Positions 63,192 through 64,000 of a stretch of DNA of 64,000 bases are shown here, in pieces; positions within the stretch are counted from its first letter, which is position 1, and each line of letters starts with the position of its first letter. The notes below the pieces were generated by a model. The model ran no database searches and had not been told where the DNA came from. It was given only the letters and a program-made list of their open reading frames with translations. A program made the translations under genes and the position numbers. Location of the stretch: positions 9,122-73,121 of the forward strand of contig MWCY01000010.1 in NCBI GenBank assembly GCA_002070275.1, given 5' to 3'. This DNA is from Candidatus Hydrogenedentes bacterium ADurb.Bin170. Its GTDB lineage: Bacteria; Hydrogenedentota; Hydrogenedentia; Hydrogenedentales; CAITNO01.

Positions 63192-64000
63192 ATGAAACGC
63201 AAAGGATTCACACTCATTGAGCTGCTGGTGGTAATTGCCATTATCGGCATTCTTGCGGCAATTCTGCTGCCGGCACTCGCCCGGGCACGCGAAGCGGCAC
63301 GCCGCTCCAGCTGCCAGAACAATCTGAAGCAGTGGGGACTGGTATTCAAGATGTATGCCAATGAATCCCCCGGGGAAAAATTCCCTACAGTCCAGGCCGG
63401 CGGATTTCCGTGGATTGATGACAACGGCAATGTGATTCAAGCCCAACTACTGGTTTTCGACCTGGGCCCCAACACCTTTGCCATCTATCCGGAATATCTG
63501 ACGGACCCCAACATCATGCTGTGTCCCTCGGATCCGGAACTGGGTCAGCATAAAAAAGACATCATCGACAATACAGGCAATCTGAATCTGTCCGGCGTCA
63601 GCGCCCCCAGCAAATATGCCAGTGCCATTGATGCCAGTTACAGCTATCTGGGCTGGTGCTTCGATCACTATGATTATGAAGAGCCCGGTCTGAGCGTTCA
63701 GCCGATCCTGCAGATCATGCAGATTGTGGGCGAAGCCAGCAAGATTCCGGCGAATGCCTCCTCCTTCTCCGGTCCCAGCCAGCTCATTGCCGGTGTTGAA
63801 GCACTGCTGACCAAACTGAGCCCCCTGTATCTTGCCAACAACATCAACGGCATTGCTCAGCTTGTTGACAAAGATATCGAACTTGAAGCATCTCATGCCG
63901 GTTTGGGCAATGGTCAGGGCAACACCATTTACCGCTTCCGTGAAGGTATCGAGCGCTTCCTGATCACCGACATCAACAACCCGGCGGCCAGTGCACAGGC
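63192..64000 (+). CDS. Second prepilin-type/DUF1559 protein; 3' end cut by the window edge and not in the supplied ORF track
   Basis: My own translation from the ATG at 63192 is [58 protein letters not shown]...[31 protein letters not shown]. The frame stays open to nt 64000. It is a paralogue of the 43889-44884 product. Confidence 0.85.
   Translation, partial: MKRKGFTLIELLVVIAIIGILAAILLPALARAREAARRSSCQNNLKQWGLVFKMYANESPGEKFPTVQAGGFPWIDDNGNVIQAQLLVFDLGPNTFAIYPEYLTDPNIMLCPSDPELGQHKKDIIDNTGNLNLSGVSAPSKYASAIDASYSYLGWCFDHYDYEEPGLSVQPILQIMQIVGEASKIPANASSFSGPSQLIAGVEALLTKLSPLYLANNINGIAQLVDKDIELEASHAGLGNGQGNTIYRFREGIERFLITDINNPAASAQ

Noticed and set aside
63174-63896. Two minus-strand ORFs (63174-63446 and 63447-63896) listed in the track
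   Set aside because: They are shadows of the plus-strand DUF1559 gene, which the track omits because it has no stop codon within the window.
1-64000. CRISPR arrays, rRNA, tRNA, tmRNA or RNase P RNA, prophage or IS elements
   Set aside because: I saw no regularly spaced direct repeats, no tRNA-like T-arm/acceptor sequences in the intergenic regions I read, and no transposase-like ORFs. This is visual inspection only, so tRNAscan, Infernal or minced should confirm it.

Overview
This is a 64-kb chromosomal segment from a Gram-negative bacterium. It fits the PVC group best (Kiritimatiellota, Lentisphaerota, Verrucomicrobiota or Planctomycetota-like). The basis is two DUF1559 prepilin-type proteins, a complete gspC-M type II secretion cluster, and G+C in the high 50s % by eye. 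That placement is inference only. I support about 50 protein-coding genes. I saw no rRNA, tRNA, CRISPR array, transposase or integrase.

Layout:
- 1-9.5 kb: a tightly packed housekeeping operon, infC-rpmI-rplT-hisA-tyrA-tmk-holB-PSP1(ricT)-tatD, with several ATGA overlaps.
- 9.5-15 kb: an MgtE channel carrying an extra N-terminal PTS-EIIA(Ntr)-type domain, a secreted alpha/beta hydrolase, and an EamA transporter.
- 15.1-20.65 kb: a visibly AT-richer block holding one 1636-aa gene. It encodes an SF1 Upf1/DNA2-type helicase fused to a C-terminal DUF559/Vsr-type PD-(D/E)xK nuclease.
- 20.6-28.4 kb: rnd, a degenerate DHp-only pseudo-histidine-kinase, secA, a transglutaminase-like protein, and an oxidoreductase.
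- 28.5-34.6 kb: pilB-like, pilT, pilS-like and pilR-like genes.
- 34.8-46.1 kb: an NSS transporter with an overlapping 41-aa membrane peptide, capA, a second transglutaminase paralogue, a ydbH-like gene followed by a fused ynbE-ydbL-like gene, a DUF1559 gene, and a GDPD gene.
- 46.6-48.2 kb: leuA behind a roughly 540-nt gene-free leader.
- 48.4-61.2 kb: gspC-D-E-F-G-H-I-J-K-L-M.
- 61.5-64 kb: an outer-membrane beta-barrel gene and a second DUF1559 gene that runs off the window and is absent from the ORF track.

The best candidate for a novel system is the single-gene helicase-nuclease island, together with a dense TTGGACA motif array at its left border.

All functional calls come from motifs recognised by eye. 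No database search or computation was run.
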